Shown here: positions 1 through 9,976 of the stretch, one piece after another
How the letters are laid out: the number at the start of each line of letters is the position of its first letter
How positions within the stretch are numbered: the stretch's first letter is position 1
The notes under the pieces: model-generated
The model's database searches: none
Told to the model about the DNA's origin: nothing
What the model saw: the letters and a program-made list of their open reading frames with translations, nothing else
NCBI GenBank assembly: GCA_965552055.1
Contig: CBEVQO010000001.1
Coordinates: 352,001 to 416,000, forward strand
Direction of reading: 5' to 3'
Length of the DNA: 64,000 nt
Source: an uncultured bacterium
GTDB lineage: Bacteria; Hydrothermota; UBA3073; NMUJ01; CBEVQO01
Position numbers and translations under genes: made by a program

Positions 1-557
1 AACCAGAAATTCAACATGTTTTCTGGAAAGAAAAATGTAAAAAGATAAAACTTAACACTCATAATGTTGAAATGGTGTTGGGAGCAAAAGTTGATTATCA
101 TCCGGGCTGGCAAATTCTTCTCGAAATAATAGGAGGATGTTCCCCTATAAAAGAAGAATGGAAAAATATTTTTGGGGAATACACCTATACAATGGAAACA
201 AAATTAATAAATCATCTTGTTGATAGCGGTATATTTTTATACTTTGGTTGCACTTCTTATAAAAATGCAGAAAAGATAAGAGAAATTTTACCAGATTACT
301 TGAAAAATATGCAAATTCATAAAGAAGAAATAGAACTTGCAAAGAAAAGAGTAGAAATTAAAATTTTGAATACCCTTGAAGACGGCGAAAATGCAGTATT
401 GGAAATACCTTTAAAAATAAATCCAAGACTTCAATATATGGAACCCGAAAGATATTTAAATGAGATAAAAAGAGTTACTGTTGAAGAGATTGAAAAGTTA
501 AAGGATAAATTATGCGCTTCTCTTAAGTATGTTGTTATGGTAGGGGCGGTATGCTAA
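1..557 (+). CDS. M16 (insulinase) peptidase-like protein, C-terminal part, truncated by window edge
   Basis: Frame is open from nt 3. LLEIIGG..S, DSGIFLYF, EEIELAK and IKRVTVEEI resemble the M16 C-terminal domain. Confidence 0.55.
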   Translation, partial: PEIQHVFWKEKCKKIKLNTHNVEMVLGAKVDYHPGWQILLEIIGGCSPIKEEWKNIFGEYTYTMETKLINHLVDSGIFLYFGCTSYKNAEKIREILPDYLKNMQIHKEEIELAKKRVEIKILNTLEDGENAVLEIPLKINPRLQYMEPERYLNEIKRVTVEEIEKLKDKLCASLKYVVMVGAVC

Positions 558-1279
558 AAAATCATCAAGATGCACATGGACATGCTTTTATGGACTTCCT
601 GAAGGGTAAAGGAGGGTTTGAGATAGTTGAGCGTGATGACGGATATTTTGATGTTTCAGGCGGACCTCATCTTTATTTTTCTGAATATGATGAATGGACA
701 GAACACGAGAAAGAGGCGATGAAATATGTAAGGGGCAAAGTGCTTGATATAGGATGTGGTGCGGGAAGGCACGCTCTTTATCTCCAAAATAAAGGATTTG
801 ATGTCCTGGGAATAGATATTTCGCCCTTGGCAATAAAAGTTTGTAAATTAAGGGGGCTTAAAAAGGCAAAAGTATTATCAATTACCCAAATAAGTTCAAA
901 ACTTGGCAAATTTGATACAATTTTGATGATGGGGAATAATTTTGGATTGTTTGGAAATCCCAAAAGAGCAAGATGGTTGTTGAGAAAGTTTCATAAAATA
1001 ACAACGGAAAAAGGAAGAATAATAGCAGAGACAAGAGACCCTTACAAAACGGATAATCCCGACCATATAGCATACCATGAATGGAACAAAAAAAGAGGAA
1101 GAATGGCAGGCCAGGTAAGAATTAGGATAAGATATAAAAAATATGTAACGCCTTGGTTTGATTATCTTTTTGTCTCGAAAGATGAGTTAAAAGAAATTTT
1201 GGAAAATTCTGGCTGGCAGGTAAAGAAATTTATAGATGGCAAAGCAGGGCTTTATATTGCGATAATTGATAAAAGTTGA
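551..1279 (+). CDS. Class I SAM-dependent methyltransferase
   Basis: VLDIGCGAGRH motif I, GIDIS motif II. Confidence 0.9.
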   Translation: MLKNHQDAHGHAFMDFLKGKGGFEIVERDDGYFDVSGGPHLYFSEYDEWTEHEKEAMKYVRGKVLDIGCGAGRHALYLQNKGFDVLGIDISPLAIKVCKLRGLKKAKVLSITQISSKLGKFDTILMMGNNFGLFGNPKRARWLLRKFHKITTEKGRIIAETRDPYKTDNPDHIAYHEWNKKRGRMAGQVRIRIRYKKYVTPWFDYLFVSKDELKEILENSGWQVKKFIDGKAGLYIAIIDKS

Positions 1280-1292
1280 TAAGCGCTTAGAT

Positions 1293-2045
1293 ATGGGTTT
1301 AAAATTTAAGCTTCTTAAAGGGAAGAAAGGCATCCAAAAAGTTTACAACATGATGGCGAAAGATTATGATAAATCAAAGTATTTATTCTGGACAAGGAAA
1401 TTTGAATATTTTGAAGAAAAAATAATTAAAAAATGGCTATCTGAATTTAAGGGAGTTGTATGTGATATTGGATGTGGCACAGGAAGATACAGTTTGAAAT
1501 TACTTCCCTATTGTGATAAACTAATTGCTCTGGATTTCAGCAAAGGGATGCTTACCATTTTAAGAGGGAAAATAAAATCAAGTAAAATCTCCGTAATAGT
1601 AGGTGATGGTGAAAATTTACCTTTCAGAGATGACTCAATTGATGGTATTATATGTACTTTGGCACTCGACCATTTTTCATCACACGAATCAGGCATTAAA
1701 GAATTTCACAGAGTTTTAAAAAATGGTGCAATGTGCGTAATTAGCATTTTCAATAGAAGAACCATGGAAGAAGTGCTAAAAATGGCGAAAATACCTTATG
1801 GATATATACCTTTTCGTACAGAAAATTGCCCGCCTGCTCTTATTGAGGAAAAATTTTTGTATCACGAAGAAGCAATTAAAATTTTATCAAAATATTTTAA
1901 AATTGTTGAAGTAAAAGGCTGTTGCTACTGGCATATATTCCCTTTTCCGCATTTTTATTTTCCCTTTTTAGATAAAATGTTTAATAGATTTAAGAAACTA
2001 ATAAAATTTGCCGAAATATTTACATTTAAACTGGAAAAAATTTGA
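1293..2045 (+). CDS. Class I SAM-dependent methyltransferase (UbiE/Methyltransf_11-like)
   Basis: DIGCGTG, LDFSKGML, GDGENLPF, EFHRVLK. ATG at 1293 preferred over the overlapping TTG at 1266. Confidence 0.88.
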   Translation: MGLKFKLLKGKKGIQKVYNMMAKDYDKSKYLFWTRKFEYFEEKIIKKWLSEFKGVVCDIGCGTGRYSLKLLPYCDKLIALDFSKGMLTILRGKIKSSKISVIVGDGENLPFRDDSIDGIICTLALDHFSSHESGIKEFHRVLKNGAMCVISIFNRRTMEEVLKMAKIPYGYIPFRTENCPPALIEEKFLYHEEAIKILSKYFKIVEVKGCCYWHIFPFPHFYFPFLDKMFNRFKKLIKFAEIFTFKLEKI

Positions 2046-2065
2046 ATCACCATTTCATTTTACCC

Positions 2066-2092
2066 TTGACATCTTATTTTTTCGATTATAAT
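2066..2092 (+). promoter_or_regulatory. Promoter TTGACA-N15-TATAAT, ATG 5 nt downstream
   Basis: TTGACA 2066-2071, TATAAT 2087-2092, ATG 2098. Confidence 0.75.
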
Positions 2093-2097
2093 AAGTG

Positions 2098-2512
2098 ATG
2101 AAAGTTGTTTGTGATAAATTTAAAGGGAGGGTGTATGGGGTATTGATTTTAGTGCTTACTTTAGAGCTGGGAGCGAACTTTTTGCGATATAGACTTTATC
2201 AGTATAAGGTCCTGCTTTTTATGCTTTGCCTTTGGGATATGTGTTAATGTATGGAGTCTTACACGGTGTACCTATAGGTTTAGTGAATGGCACAGCTGTA
2301 TGGGAGCGGGAAAAATGCTAAATCAAAGGGGTAAATGGTGGAAAGCAACTTTAAGTGCGTCAATAGCAGCTACATTATGGGGATGTGCGCTTTATATAAA
2401 GACACTTTTCGGAGGACCTGATGATGCGATAGAAGTTACATGTTTGAAAATAGTAGAAACTGGATTTATCTTTGCCCCTTTATTTGCAGTTATCGGCTAT
2501 AATCTAAAATAG
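2098..2512 (+). pseudogene. Small membrane protein gene broken by two single-base frameshifts (or sequence errors)
   Basis: Adding one G at GG 2208-2209 and one at GGG 2302-2304 gives one 138-aa hydrophobic ORF (MKVVCD...YKGPAFYALPLGY...AVWGAGKMLNQRGKWW...YNLK). Confidence 0.55.
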
Positions 2513-2663
2513 GATTTTCTTTTTTAACTATAAAATAAGAGTGATGGGTAACACCTTCAGGATAGGTGCAAAAAAGAAAGGCAGGAAAAAGCCTTACACA
2601 GCTTCTGTTAGTTTTTCAGATATTATTTTCAAGATAAAGAGTAATTTGTACCCAGATTTTTAA

Positions 2664-3839
2664 TTACCAAGGGGTTTTATCTTTTTCTATGTCAAAAACT
2701 ATTTTGCCATTAATTATTGTCTTTTCTACTTTTGAGCGTACATCAAAAGGTTCTCCCGACATTATTACTATATCTGCATCTTTGTCTTCTTTTATACTTC
2801 CCACTCTATCATCTATTCCCAGGATTTCCGCAGGTGTAATGGTTATTGCCCTCAGTGCTGTATCTTCATCCAGTCCTTCTTTTACTGCAAGTGTTGCGCA
2901 CATCAAAAGATAATGAATACCTATAACATCATGGTCTGTTATGATACCAAATTTCACTCCTGCATCTCTTAAAATTTTTGCCGCTTTAAATGTTAGTTTT
3001 TGGGTTTCTATTTTTGATGGTGTACCCATTGTTGGGCCGAGCAAAACAGGTACTCCTTCTTTTGCTATGAAATCTGCAATTAAATGTGCTTCTGTTCCGT
3101 GCTCTATTACGATTTTCAAATTAAATTCTTTTGCTATTCTTATTGCAGTTGCTATGTCATCTGCTCTGTGTGCGTGAGCTCTTAGGGGTATTTGGCGCTC
3201 AATTACGGGTATCAAACTTTCGCAGAACAAGTCTTTATCCGGTGGTTTTTCATCTTTTTTCTTTGACCATTCTAAATTTTTCTTGTAATTCAATGCTTTT
3301 GTCAATGCTTCTCTAATAAGTGCTGCTACTCCCATTCTTGTATAAGGTGTGCGTTTTCTTTCCATTCCTGTATATTTTGGATTTTCTCCAAATGCTATCT
3401 TTATTCCAACTGGATTTTTAACAATCATTTCGTCCACTATTTTGCCTGCTGTTTTTATTGCGCAAACACTACCACCTATGGGATTTGCGCTACCGGGAGC
3501 AACACCGCATGTTGTAACTCCACCTGCACGGGCATATTCAAAGCCCTTATCATAGGGATTTATTCCATCAATTGCTCTGAAATGCGGACTCAGCGCTTCA
3601 TAATCGTTGTAATCCGCACCTTCTTCCCTTATGCCAACTTCACCTATCCCAATATGCGTATGCCCGTCTATGAATCCAGGTAAAATGTGTTTTCCTTTAG
3701 CATCAATAATTTCCGAACCTTCTGGTATTTCGACATCTTTACCTACTTTTTTGATTTTTCCATTCTCTATCAAAATTATTCCGTCTTCAATTATTCCATT
3801 TTCGATGGTATAAATTTTCCCTCCTTTTATTGCGAGCAT
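2664..3839 (-). CDS. Amidohydrolase family metallo-hydrolase
   Basis: LPGFIDGHTHIG, AHAHRADD, IEHG, TDH, GSIKEDKDADIV. Start at MLAIKGG after a GGAGG SD. Confidence 0.92.
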   Translation of the reverse strand: MLAIKGGKIYTIENGIIEDGIILIENGKIKKVGKDVEIPEGSEIIDAKGKHILPGFIDGHTHIGIGEVGIREEGADYNDYEALSPHFRAIDGINPYDKGFEYARAGGVTTCGVAPGSANPIGGSVCAIKTAGKIVDEMIVKNPVGIKIAFGENPKYTGMERKRTPYTRMGVAALIREALTKALNYKKNLEWSKKKDEKPPDKDLFCESLIPVIERQIPLRAHAHRADDIATAIRIAKEFNLKIVIEHGTEAHLIADFIAKEGVPVLLGPTMGTPSKIETQKLTFKAAKILRDAGVKFGIITDHDVIGIHYLLMCATLAVKEGLDEDTALRAITITPAEILGIDDRVGSIKEDKDADIVIMSGEPFDVRSKVEKTIINGKIVFDIEKDKTPW

Positions 3840-3847
3840 TTTGCCTC

Positions 3848-4273
3848 CTACTTTATGAAGTGAAGTATGCTCATAAATGTTGTGAGCCAAGCCAGCCCTA
3901 GCCCTATCATCCATTGAATAAAATTAAATCTTTTGTTCATATCTTCGAATCTTTTATTCATGTCTTCAAATCGAGCATTAGTTTGGTTTATTAAATCTTC
4001 GAATCTTCTGTTCATATCTTCGAAACGGGCATTTATTTGATTAACTAAATCTTCAAATCTTTTGTTCATATCCTCGAATCTCTTATCCATTAAATGAATC
4101 ATCTCTTCGAACCTTTTGCTCATCGTATCTATTATCAGTTTTTGATTTTCCATTAGTTGCCTTATTTGTTCTTCTATTCGGATAACCCGTTCCAGTAAAT
4201 CCCTGTATACCGTCTCCCTTAATTCTTCTCTTACAATCTCTCTGACTCTTTCTTCAGTTAACACATCAGCCAT
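3848..4273 (-). CDS. Coiled-coil repeat protein with C-terminal TM anchor (DUF1640/CCDC90-like), copy 2
   Basis: RFEDMNK / RFEDLINQTNA repeats, C-terminal FIQWMIGLGLAWLTTFMSIL. GGAGG SD before MADVLT. Confidence 0.75.
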   Translation of the reverse strand: MADVLTEERVREIVREELRETVYRDLLERVIRIEEQIRQLMENQKLIIDTMSKRFEEMIHLMDKRFEDMNKRFEDLVNQINARFEDMNRRFEDLINQTNARFEDMNKRFEDMNKRFNFIQWMIGLGLAWLTTFMSILHFIK

Positions 4274-4281
4274 TATTCCTC

Positions 4282-4869
4282 CTACTTTAAGAAGTGAAGA
4301 ATGCTCATAAATGTTGTGAGCCAAGCCAGCCCTAGCCCTATCATCCATTGAATAAAATTAAATCTTTTGTTCATATCTTCAAATCTTTTATTCATGTCTT
4401 CGAATCTTTTATTCATATCCTCGAACCTTTTATTCATATCCTCGAATCTTTTATTCATGTCTTCAAATCGAGCATTAGTTTGGTTTATTAAATCTTCGAA
4501 TCTTCTGTTCATATCCTCGAAACGGGCATTTATTTGATTAACTAAATCTTCAAATCTGGCGTTAGTCTGGCCAATTAAGGTTTCTAACCTTTTATTCATA
4601 TCCTCGAATCTTGCGTTAGTTTGATTAACTAAATCTTCGAATCTTGCGTTGATTTGGTTTATTAAATCCTCGAATCTCTTATCCATTAAATGAATCATCT
4701 CTTCGAACCTTTTGTTCATCGTATCTATTATCAGTTTTTGATTTTCCATGAGTTGTCTTATTTGTTCTTCTATTCGGATGACCCGTTCCAGTAAATCCCT
4801 GTATACCGTCTCCCTTAATTCTTCACGCACTATCTCCCTGACTCTTTCTTCAGTTAACACATCAGCCAT
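4282..4869 (-). CDS. Coiled-coil repeat protein with C-terminal TM anchor (DUF1640/CCDC90-like), copy 1
   Basis: Near-identical N- and C-termini to 3848-4273 but more repeat units. Confidence 0.75.
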   Translation of the reverse strand: MADVLTEERVREIVREELRETVYRDLLERVIRIEEQIRQLMENQKLIIDTMNKRFEEMIHLMDKRFEDLINQINARFEDLVNQTNARFEDMNKRLETLIGQTNARFEDLVNQINARFEDMNRRFEDLINQTNARFEDMNKRFEDMNKRFEDMNKRFEDMNKRFEDMNKRFNFIQWMIGLGLAWLTTFMSILHFLK

Positions 4870-5263
4870 TATTCCTCCTTTTTAATTTTCTGTTTAATCT
4901 TTTCCAGAAATCAATGGGATTTTCTGTTTTTACTTTTAAATTTTTGGCAAAAGTTTTAATTTCATTATCGCCTGATATAACAAGAATTTCCCCCTTTTTA
5001 TTTAGTTTCCTTCTTACAAATTCTTTTATAATATCGTCTGCTTCTTTTGGATAAGAATAAACGACTTTTACTTTTCCAATTCTTTCTTCATTTAAGCCAC
5101 ATAGATTTGCTCCATCGACTATTAAATAAATTTCACCTTTCAGGATTTGCAGATATTCATTTGCAAAATAATGGATTGCATCGTCTTTGCTGTATTTTTC
5201 CATATGCTCTCTTAACTCTTTTATTCTGTGGATTACATTATCCCCATCAATTATACAAATCAT
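4862..5263 (-). CDS. NYN/YacP-like (PIN-fold) domain protein
   Basis: IIDGDNV, IVDG, ADDIIKE, VISGDNEI acidic motifs. Confidence 0.8.
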   Translation of the reverse strand: MICIIDGDNVIHRIKELREHMEKYSKDDAIHYFANEYLQILKGEIYLIVDGANLCGLNEERIGKVKVVYSYPKEADDIIKEFVRRKLNKKGEILVISGDNEIKTFAKNLKVKTENPIDFWKRLNRKLKRRNNG

Positions 5264-5880
5264 CAGTGTGTCAAAGCATACACCACAATATTTACTCCCA
5301 TTCTAAATGCCTGTTCGCGCTTATCAGGTGGGTCGTTATGCACTTCTGGGTCTGCCCAGCCATCCGATACATTCGATTCATAAGTGTAATAGACAACCAA
5401 TCTACCTTTGTAAAAGATGCCATAACCCCTGGGAGGTTTCCCATCGTGCTTGTGAATTTTCGGAGGTCCATACTTAAAATCATAAAAACAGTGATAAATT
5501 GGATGGTCAAAGGGTAGCTCAACGAGTTCCAATCCCGGGAATACCTTTTTCATAGCCTCTCTGAAATATTTATCCATACCGTAATCATCATCTGCATATA
5601 AGAAGCCGCCATTAATTAAGTATTCCCTTAAGCGCTTTGCTTCTTCGTCTGAAAAATTCACTTTCCCGTGTCCTGTCATGAAGATGAAAGGATATTTGTA
5701 AAGGTCAGGAGATAAAAGGTCAACAACTGCCTGCTCCGGTGCAACACTTATTCCTGTTCTCTTTGTTATTTCTCGTGCAAGGTTGGGAATGATGGAAGGG
5801 TCATTATACCAGTCACCGCCATCATATTTTAATCTCGCAATCTGCAAATCATAAGTTAACAGGAAAATTAAAATTGTCAT
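5263..5880 (-). CDS. DUF4159 domain protein
   Basis: LKYDGGDWY, YPFIFMTGHG, GGFLYADDDYG, HPIYH, GVNIVVYAL. Confidence 0.85.
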   Translation of the reverse strand: MTILIFLLTYDLQIARLKYDGGDWYNDPSIIPNLAREITKRTGISVAPEQAVVDLLSPDLYKYPFIFMTGHGKVNFSDEEAKRLREYLINGGFLYADDDYGMDKYFREAMKKVFPGLELVELPFDHPIYHCFYDFKYGPPKIHKHDGKPPRGYGIFYKGRLVVYYTYESNVSDGWADPEVHNDPPDKREQAFRMGVNIVVYALTH

Positions 5881-6161
5881 CTTTTGTTTAAAATCTTCCA
5901 GCCAACAGGTAATGTGAAAGTGGCGAGTAATATTTTCAGAATATCACCGGGGATAAATGGATAAAATCCGAGTTGTAACACATTTTTGAAGCCCACAAAA
6001 AGTGCCAACCATGTCAAGCCCAAAATGTAGATAATAAGGTTTCCCGTAAGCATAGCGATTAATGTTTTTGTAATGAATATGCTACTGCAAAAAATTAGTG
6101 CTACATTATACCATAATTTGTATCGAGTTACTTTTCTAAGTAATACATCGGCGTAAGTCAT
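5877..6161 (-). pseudogene. bioY: Biotin transporter BioY with large in-frame internal deletion
   Basis: BioY-like N-terminus joined directly to the BioY C-terminus (GNLIIYILGLTWL...FYPFIPGDILKI). The central PVPxTxQ...GLPVF region is absent. 94 aa versus about 180 typical. Confidence 0.7.
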
Positions 6162-6167
6162 CACTTA

Positions 6168-6194
6168 ATTATACCTGTAAAACAAGTTTGTCAA
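6168..6194 (-). promoter_or_regulatory. Promoter TTGACA-N15-TATAAT for the bioY-DUF4159-NYN-coiled-coil-amidohydrolase operon
   Basis: Minus strand TTGACA 6194-6189, TATAAT 6173-6168, ATG 6161. Confidence 0.75.
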
Positions 6195-6407
6195 GTTTTA
6201 ACAAAATTATTTTCTTTTATATGTTTTATGAAATACGGGTTAATTTCTTTTGGCGCTTGGTGCATCGTATCGTATGCGTGCCCTGCCTTTATCCTTGACC
6301 AAGTCCTCTAATGGACAACCAAATTTGAAGGCGGTCAGGGCTATATACTAAGGTATCGTTCAGAATCAGGCAATTTTACATCCTTCAAAAACTCCATCCC
6401 ATAAAAA

Positions 6408-6456
6408 TCCACTTTTTTCATTTTACCCTTGACTTTTTGAAAAATTGAATTAAAAT
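6408..6456 (+). promoter_or_regulatory. hpt promoter with conserved upstream element
   Basis: TCCACTTTTTTCATTTTACCC-TTGACT-N16-TAAAAT, then ATG at 6462. Confidence 0.7.
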
Positions 6457-6461
6457 AGAGT

Positions 6462-6974
6462 ATGAAAGTTTTGATAAAAAAAGAAGACCTGAAGCGAAGG
6501 ATAAAAGAACTTGCAAAGCAAATTTCAGAAGATTATCGTGGCAAAACTCCTGTATTTATCGCAATTTTAAAAGGAGCTTTTGTTTTCTTATCGGATCTGA
6601 TAAGAGAACTGGAAATAGATTGCATCGTTGATTTTATGGCTGTAACGAGTTATAATGGCTCAACAGAGAGCTCAGGAGCAGTTGAATTTTTAAAAGATAT
6701 AACAATGGATATTCAGGGAAAAGATGTAATAATAGTGGAAGATATTGTGGATACAGGGCTTACCCTTGATTACATCAAAAAAGTGCTTGAATTAAGAAAA
6801 CCTGCTTCACTTAAAATTTGTGTATTACTTGATAAAAAGAAAAAGCGAAAAGTTAAAATAGAACCCGACTATGTGGGATTTGAAATTGATGATGTTTTTG
6901 TAGTGGGATACGGATTGGATTTCGGAGAAAAATATAGAAACCTTCCAGAAATATATTGCTATGAAGAAAGATAA
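6462..6974 (+). CDS. hpt: Hypoxanthine phosphoribosyltransferase
   Basis: IVEDIVDTGLTL PRPP motif, FVVGYGLD, YRNLP. Upstream of ftsH. Confidence 0.95.
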   Translation: MKVLIKKEDLKRRIKELAKQISEDYRGKTPVFIAILKGAFVFLSDLIRELEIDCIVDFMAVTSYNGSTESSGAVEFLKDITMDIQGKDVIIVEDIVDTGLTLDYIKKVLELRKPASLKICVLLDKKKKRKVKIEPDYVGFEIDDVFVVGYGLDFGEKYRNLPEIYCYEER

Positions 6975-8823
6975 GGATAAAAAAGAATCGAAAAAAAGGA
7001 TATTACAGATTTTAAGCGGGTTTTTAACTTGGACTATCATTATAATAATAATCGGGGCTATTGTTCAATTGTATCAACAAAGAGAAATAGGTTATAAAAA
7101 ATTGAGCTTCACACAATTTTACAGCAAACTTGATAAAGGAGAAATCAAAAAAATATTTATAGAAGATGGTATCGCAAAGGGTATTTTTACAAATGGCGAT
7201 AAGTTTAAAACGGTAATCCCTATGGATGCAAAATTCATTGAGGAGTTAGCGAAAATGGGCATAGATGTAGAAATCAAAAAATCTGGTAATATATGGAAAA
7301 CGATTTTGCCTTATTTGCCTTTGTTCCTGCTTTTCTTTTTGTGGTTAGCATTACTGCGTCAGGCACCACAGATGCCAACAGGAGCACTTACTTTCACAAA
7401 AGTAAAACCAAAAACTTCGGAAAATATACCAAAAGTAACTTTTAAAGATGTAGCAGGGGTTGATGAAGCAATAGAAGAGCTTAAAGAAATTGTTGAGTTT
7501 CTGAAAAATCCTGATAAATTTAAAAAAATAGGTGCAAGGGTGCCAAAAGGAATTTTGCTGGTAGGACCACCTGGCACAGGCAAAACCTTACTTGCGAAAG
7601 CCGTTGCTGGAGAAGCAGGAGTGCCTTTTTTCTCTGTTTCAGGCTCTGAATTTGTGGAGTTATTTGTAGGTGTTGGCGCTGCAAGAGTAAGGGACCTTTT
7701 TGAAAAAGCAAAGCGCAATGCACCTGCAATTGCTTTCATAGATGAAATTGATGCTGTTGGAAGACATAGAGGTGCAGGGTTAGGAGGTGGGCACGACGAA
7801 AGAGAGCAAACCTTAAACGAATTGCTGGTTCAAATGGATGGATTTGACCCCAATGAAGGCATCATCGTTATGGCTGCAACAAATAGACCTGATATACTTG
7901 ATAGAGCACTTTTGAGGCCCGGAAGATTTGATAGAAAAATCGTGTTAGACCTTCCGGATGTAAAAGGCAGAGAAGAAATTTTTAAAGTGCATTTGAGGAA
8001 AATAAAAGTTTCAAAAAATGTCGATGTATCAATCCTTGCTCGTTCAACTCCTGGTTTTTCAGGTGCTGATATTGCAAATCTTGTGAATGAAGCTGCTTTG
8101 CTTGCTGCAAGAAGAAAGAAGAACAAAGTAGATATGCAGGATTTCGAAGATGCAAGGGATAAAATTGTTATGGGAACAGAAAGAAAAATTTTGCTAAGCG
8201 AAAGGGAAAGAAAATTAATAGCCTATCATGAAGCAGGTCATGCTATCTGTGCCAAGTTCGAGAAAGAAGCTGACCCTGTTCACAAAATAACGATAATGCC
8301 AAGAGGAATGGCACTTGGAGCTACACAAAATTTGCCAACAGAAGATAGAAGGACATTTACAAAAGAATATCTAATGGCAACTATAACAGTTTTGCTTGGT
8401 GGAAGAGCGGCAGAAAAAATTGCGCTTAACACTATGACAAGCGGAGCAGGGAACGACCTTGAGAGAGCAACAGAGTTAGCAAGAAAAATGGTATGCGAAT
8501 GGGGAATGAGTGAACTGGGACCTATGACTTTTGGAAAAAGAAAAGAAGAAGTATTCCTGGGAAAAGAAATAGTACATCTAAAAGATTATTCCGAAGAAAC
8601 TGCAAAACTTATAGATGATGAAGTGCACAAAATTTTAACAGAATGCGAAAAAAGAGCAGAAAAAATAATAAAAGAAAATGAAGAAAAATTACACAGATTG
8701 GCAAAAGCTTTACTTGAATACGAAACCCTAACAGGAGAAGAAATAGACAAAGTTTTAAAAGGAGAAAAAATAGAGAAAAGAAAGAAAAATGGAGGTAAGA
8801 GAGTTAAATCTAAAAAAAGATGA
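6961..8823 (+). CDS. ftsH: ATP-dependent zinc metalloprotease FtsH
   Basis: Two TM segments, [31 protein letters not shown]. Confidence 0.97.
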   Translation: MKKDKDKKESKKRILQILSGFLTWTIIIIIIGAIVQLYQQREIGYKKLSFTQFYSKLDKGEIKKIFIEDGIAKGIFTNGDKFKTVIPMDAKFIEELAKMGIDVEIKKSGNIWKTILPYLPLFLLFFLWLALLRQAPQMPTGALTFTKVKPKTSENIPKVTFKDVAGVDEAIEELKEIVEFLKNPDKFKKIGARVPKGILLVGPPGTGKTLLAKAVAGEAGVPFFSVSGSEFVELFVGVGAARVRDLFEKAKRNAPAIAFIDEIDAVGRHRGAGLGGGHDEREQTLNELLVQMDGFDPNEGIIVMAATNRPDILDRALLRPGRFDRKIVLDLPDVKGREEIFKVHLRKIKVSKNVDVSILARSTPGFSGADIANLVNEAALLAARRKKNKVDMQDFEDARDKIVMGTERKILLSERERKLIAYHEAGHAICAKFEKEADPVHKITIMPRGMALGATQNLPTEDRRTFTKEYLMATITVLLGGRAAEKIALNTMTSGAGNDLERATELARKMVCEWGMSELGPMTFGKRKEEVFLGKEIVHLKDYSEETAKLIDDEVHKILTECEKRAEKIIKENEEKLHRLAKALLEYETLTGEEIDKVLKGEKIEKRKKNGGKRVKSKKR

Positions 8824-9976
8824 AGAAATAATCGAAGAATTAAAAAAAGTAGAAGTAGATGATGAAGCTTTTAAAATTTTATTACCAAAATTCAAATTAA
8901 AAGTTATAAAAGTATCTGGCATTTCATCTCCTGCTTTAAATATTTTGAAACAGGATGCACTCAGCTGTGGTGCGGATGTAGCTGTGCCAAAGTGGGCTGT
9001 GAAATGCGAAAAAGAAAAAGGAAACGCAATAATCACAGGAACAGAAGCACAATTGAAAAAACTGGTAGAAAAGTTAAAAAATCAACCTTTTAAACTTAAA
9101 AAACTCGCAGAAGAAATCGAAAAAATTTTAAAAAAAGATAGACTGAAATGGAAACTGAGAAAAAGAGAACTTGAGATGAACAGGACTTATATTTGTGGAA
9201 TATTAAATGTAACACCTGATTCTTTTTATGATGGTGGGAGGTATTTTGATGTAGAGAGAGCCATTGACAGAGTTTATCAGATGATAGAAGAAGGAGCAGA
9301 TTTGATAGATATAGGTGGTGAATCTACACGCCCGGGTGCAGAACCAGTAACAGAAAAAGAAGAACTAAAAAGAGTGATGCCTGTAATCGAAAAATTGAGC
9401 GGAATTGATGTGCCTTTATCAATTGATACATATAAAAGTAAAGTCGCAAAAGAAGCGTTATCCGCAGGGTGTGAAATAGTAAACGATATAAGTGGACTTT
9501 CTTTTGACGAAAAAATGAAAGAAGTGATTGCAGAGTATAAAGCAGGTTGCATAATAATGCATATAAAAGGAACACCAAAGGATATGCAAAAAAATCCCCA
9601 TTACGAAGATACAATCGAAGAAATAATAAATTACTTGAGAGAAAAAATAGAAATCGCAGAAAAAGAAGGAATAGATATCGAAAAAATAGCGATTGACCCA
9701 GGGATTGGATTTGGAAAAAGGAATCCTTATGATAATCTTTTGATTTTAAAGAGATTGAAAGAATTTAAGGCACTTTCTCGTCCCATTTTCATTGGTGTAT
9801 CCCGCAAATCTTTCATCGGGCTATGTACTGGGGCAAAAGTTGAGGAGCGCCTGCCGGGTAGCATTGCAGCAGCAGCTGTAGCTGTTATGAACGGAGCAAA
9901 TATAATTAGAACTCACGATGTTAAAGAAACAAAGCAAGCTTTAAAAATTGTTGACGAAATATTAAATGTGATATGA
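8789..9976 (+). CDS. folP: Dihydropteroate synthase with ~125-aa N-terminal extension
   Basis: GILNVTPDSFYDGG, DIGGESTRPGA, DPGIGFGK, SRKSFIG, IRTHDV. Confidence 0.95.
   Translation: MEVRELNLKKDEEIIEELKKVEVDDEAFKILLPKFKLKVIKVSGISSPALNILKQDALSCGADVAVPKWAVKCEKEKGNAIITGTEAQLKKLVEKLKNQPFKLKKLAEEIEKILKKDRLKWKLRKRELEMNRTYICGILNVTPDSFYDGGRYFDVERAIDRVYQMIEEGADLIDIGGESTRPGAEPVTEKEELKRVMPVIEKLSGIDVPLSIDTYKSKVAKEALSAGCEIVNDISGLSFDEKMKEVIAEYKAGCIIMHIKGTPKDMQKNPHYEDTIEEIINYLREKIEIAEKEGIDIEKIAIDPGIGFGKRNPYDNLLILKRLKEFKALSRPIFIGVSRKSFIGLCTGAKVEERLPGSIAAAAVAVMNGANIIRTHDVKETKQALKIVDEILNVI

Noticed and set aside
2575..2600. AAGGC...GCCTT hairpin as terminator
   Set aside because: Five-bp stem without a clear adjacent U-tract
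3840..4348. Shared MDDRARAGLAHNIYEH N-termini on two ORFs
   Set aside because: Alternative-frame reading of the duplicated TM-tail sequence; the real starts follow GGAGG at 3839 and 4273
6230..6405. Relatively GC-rich intergenic stretch as riboswitch or ncRNA
   Set aside because: No recognisable RNA motif or convincing pairing; more likely gene debris
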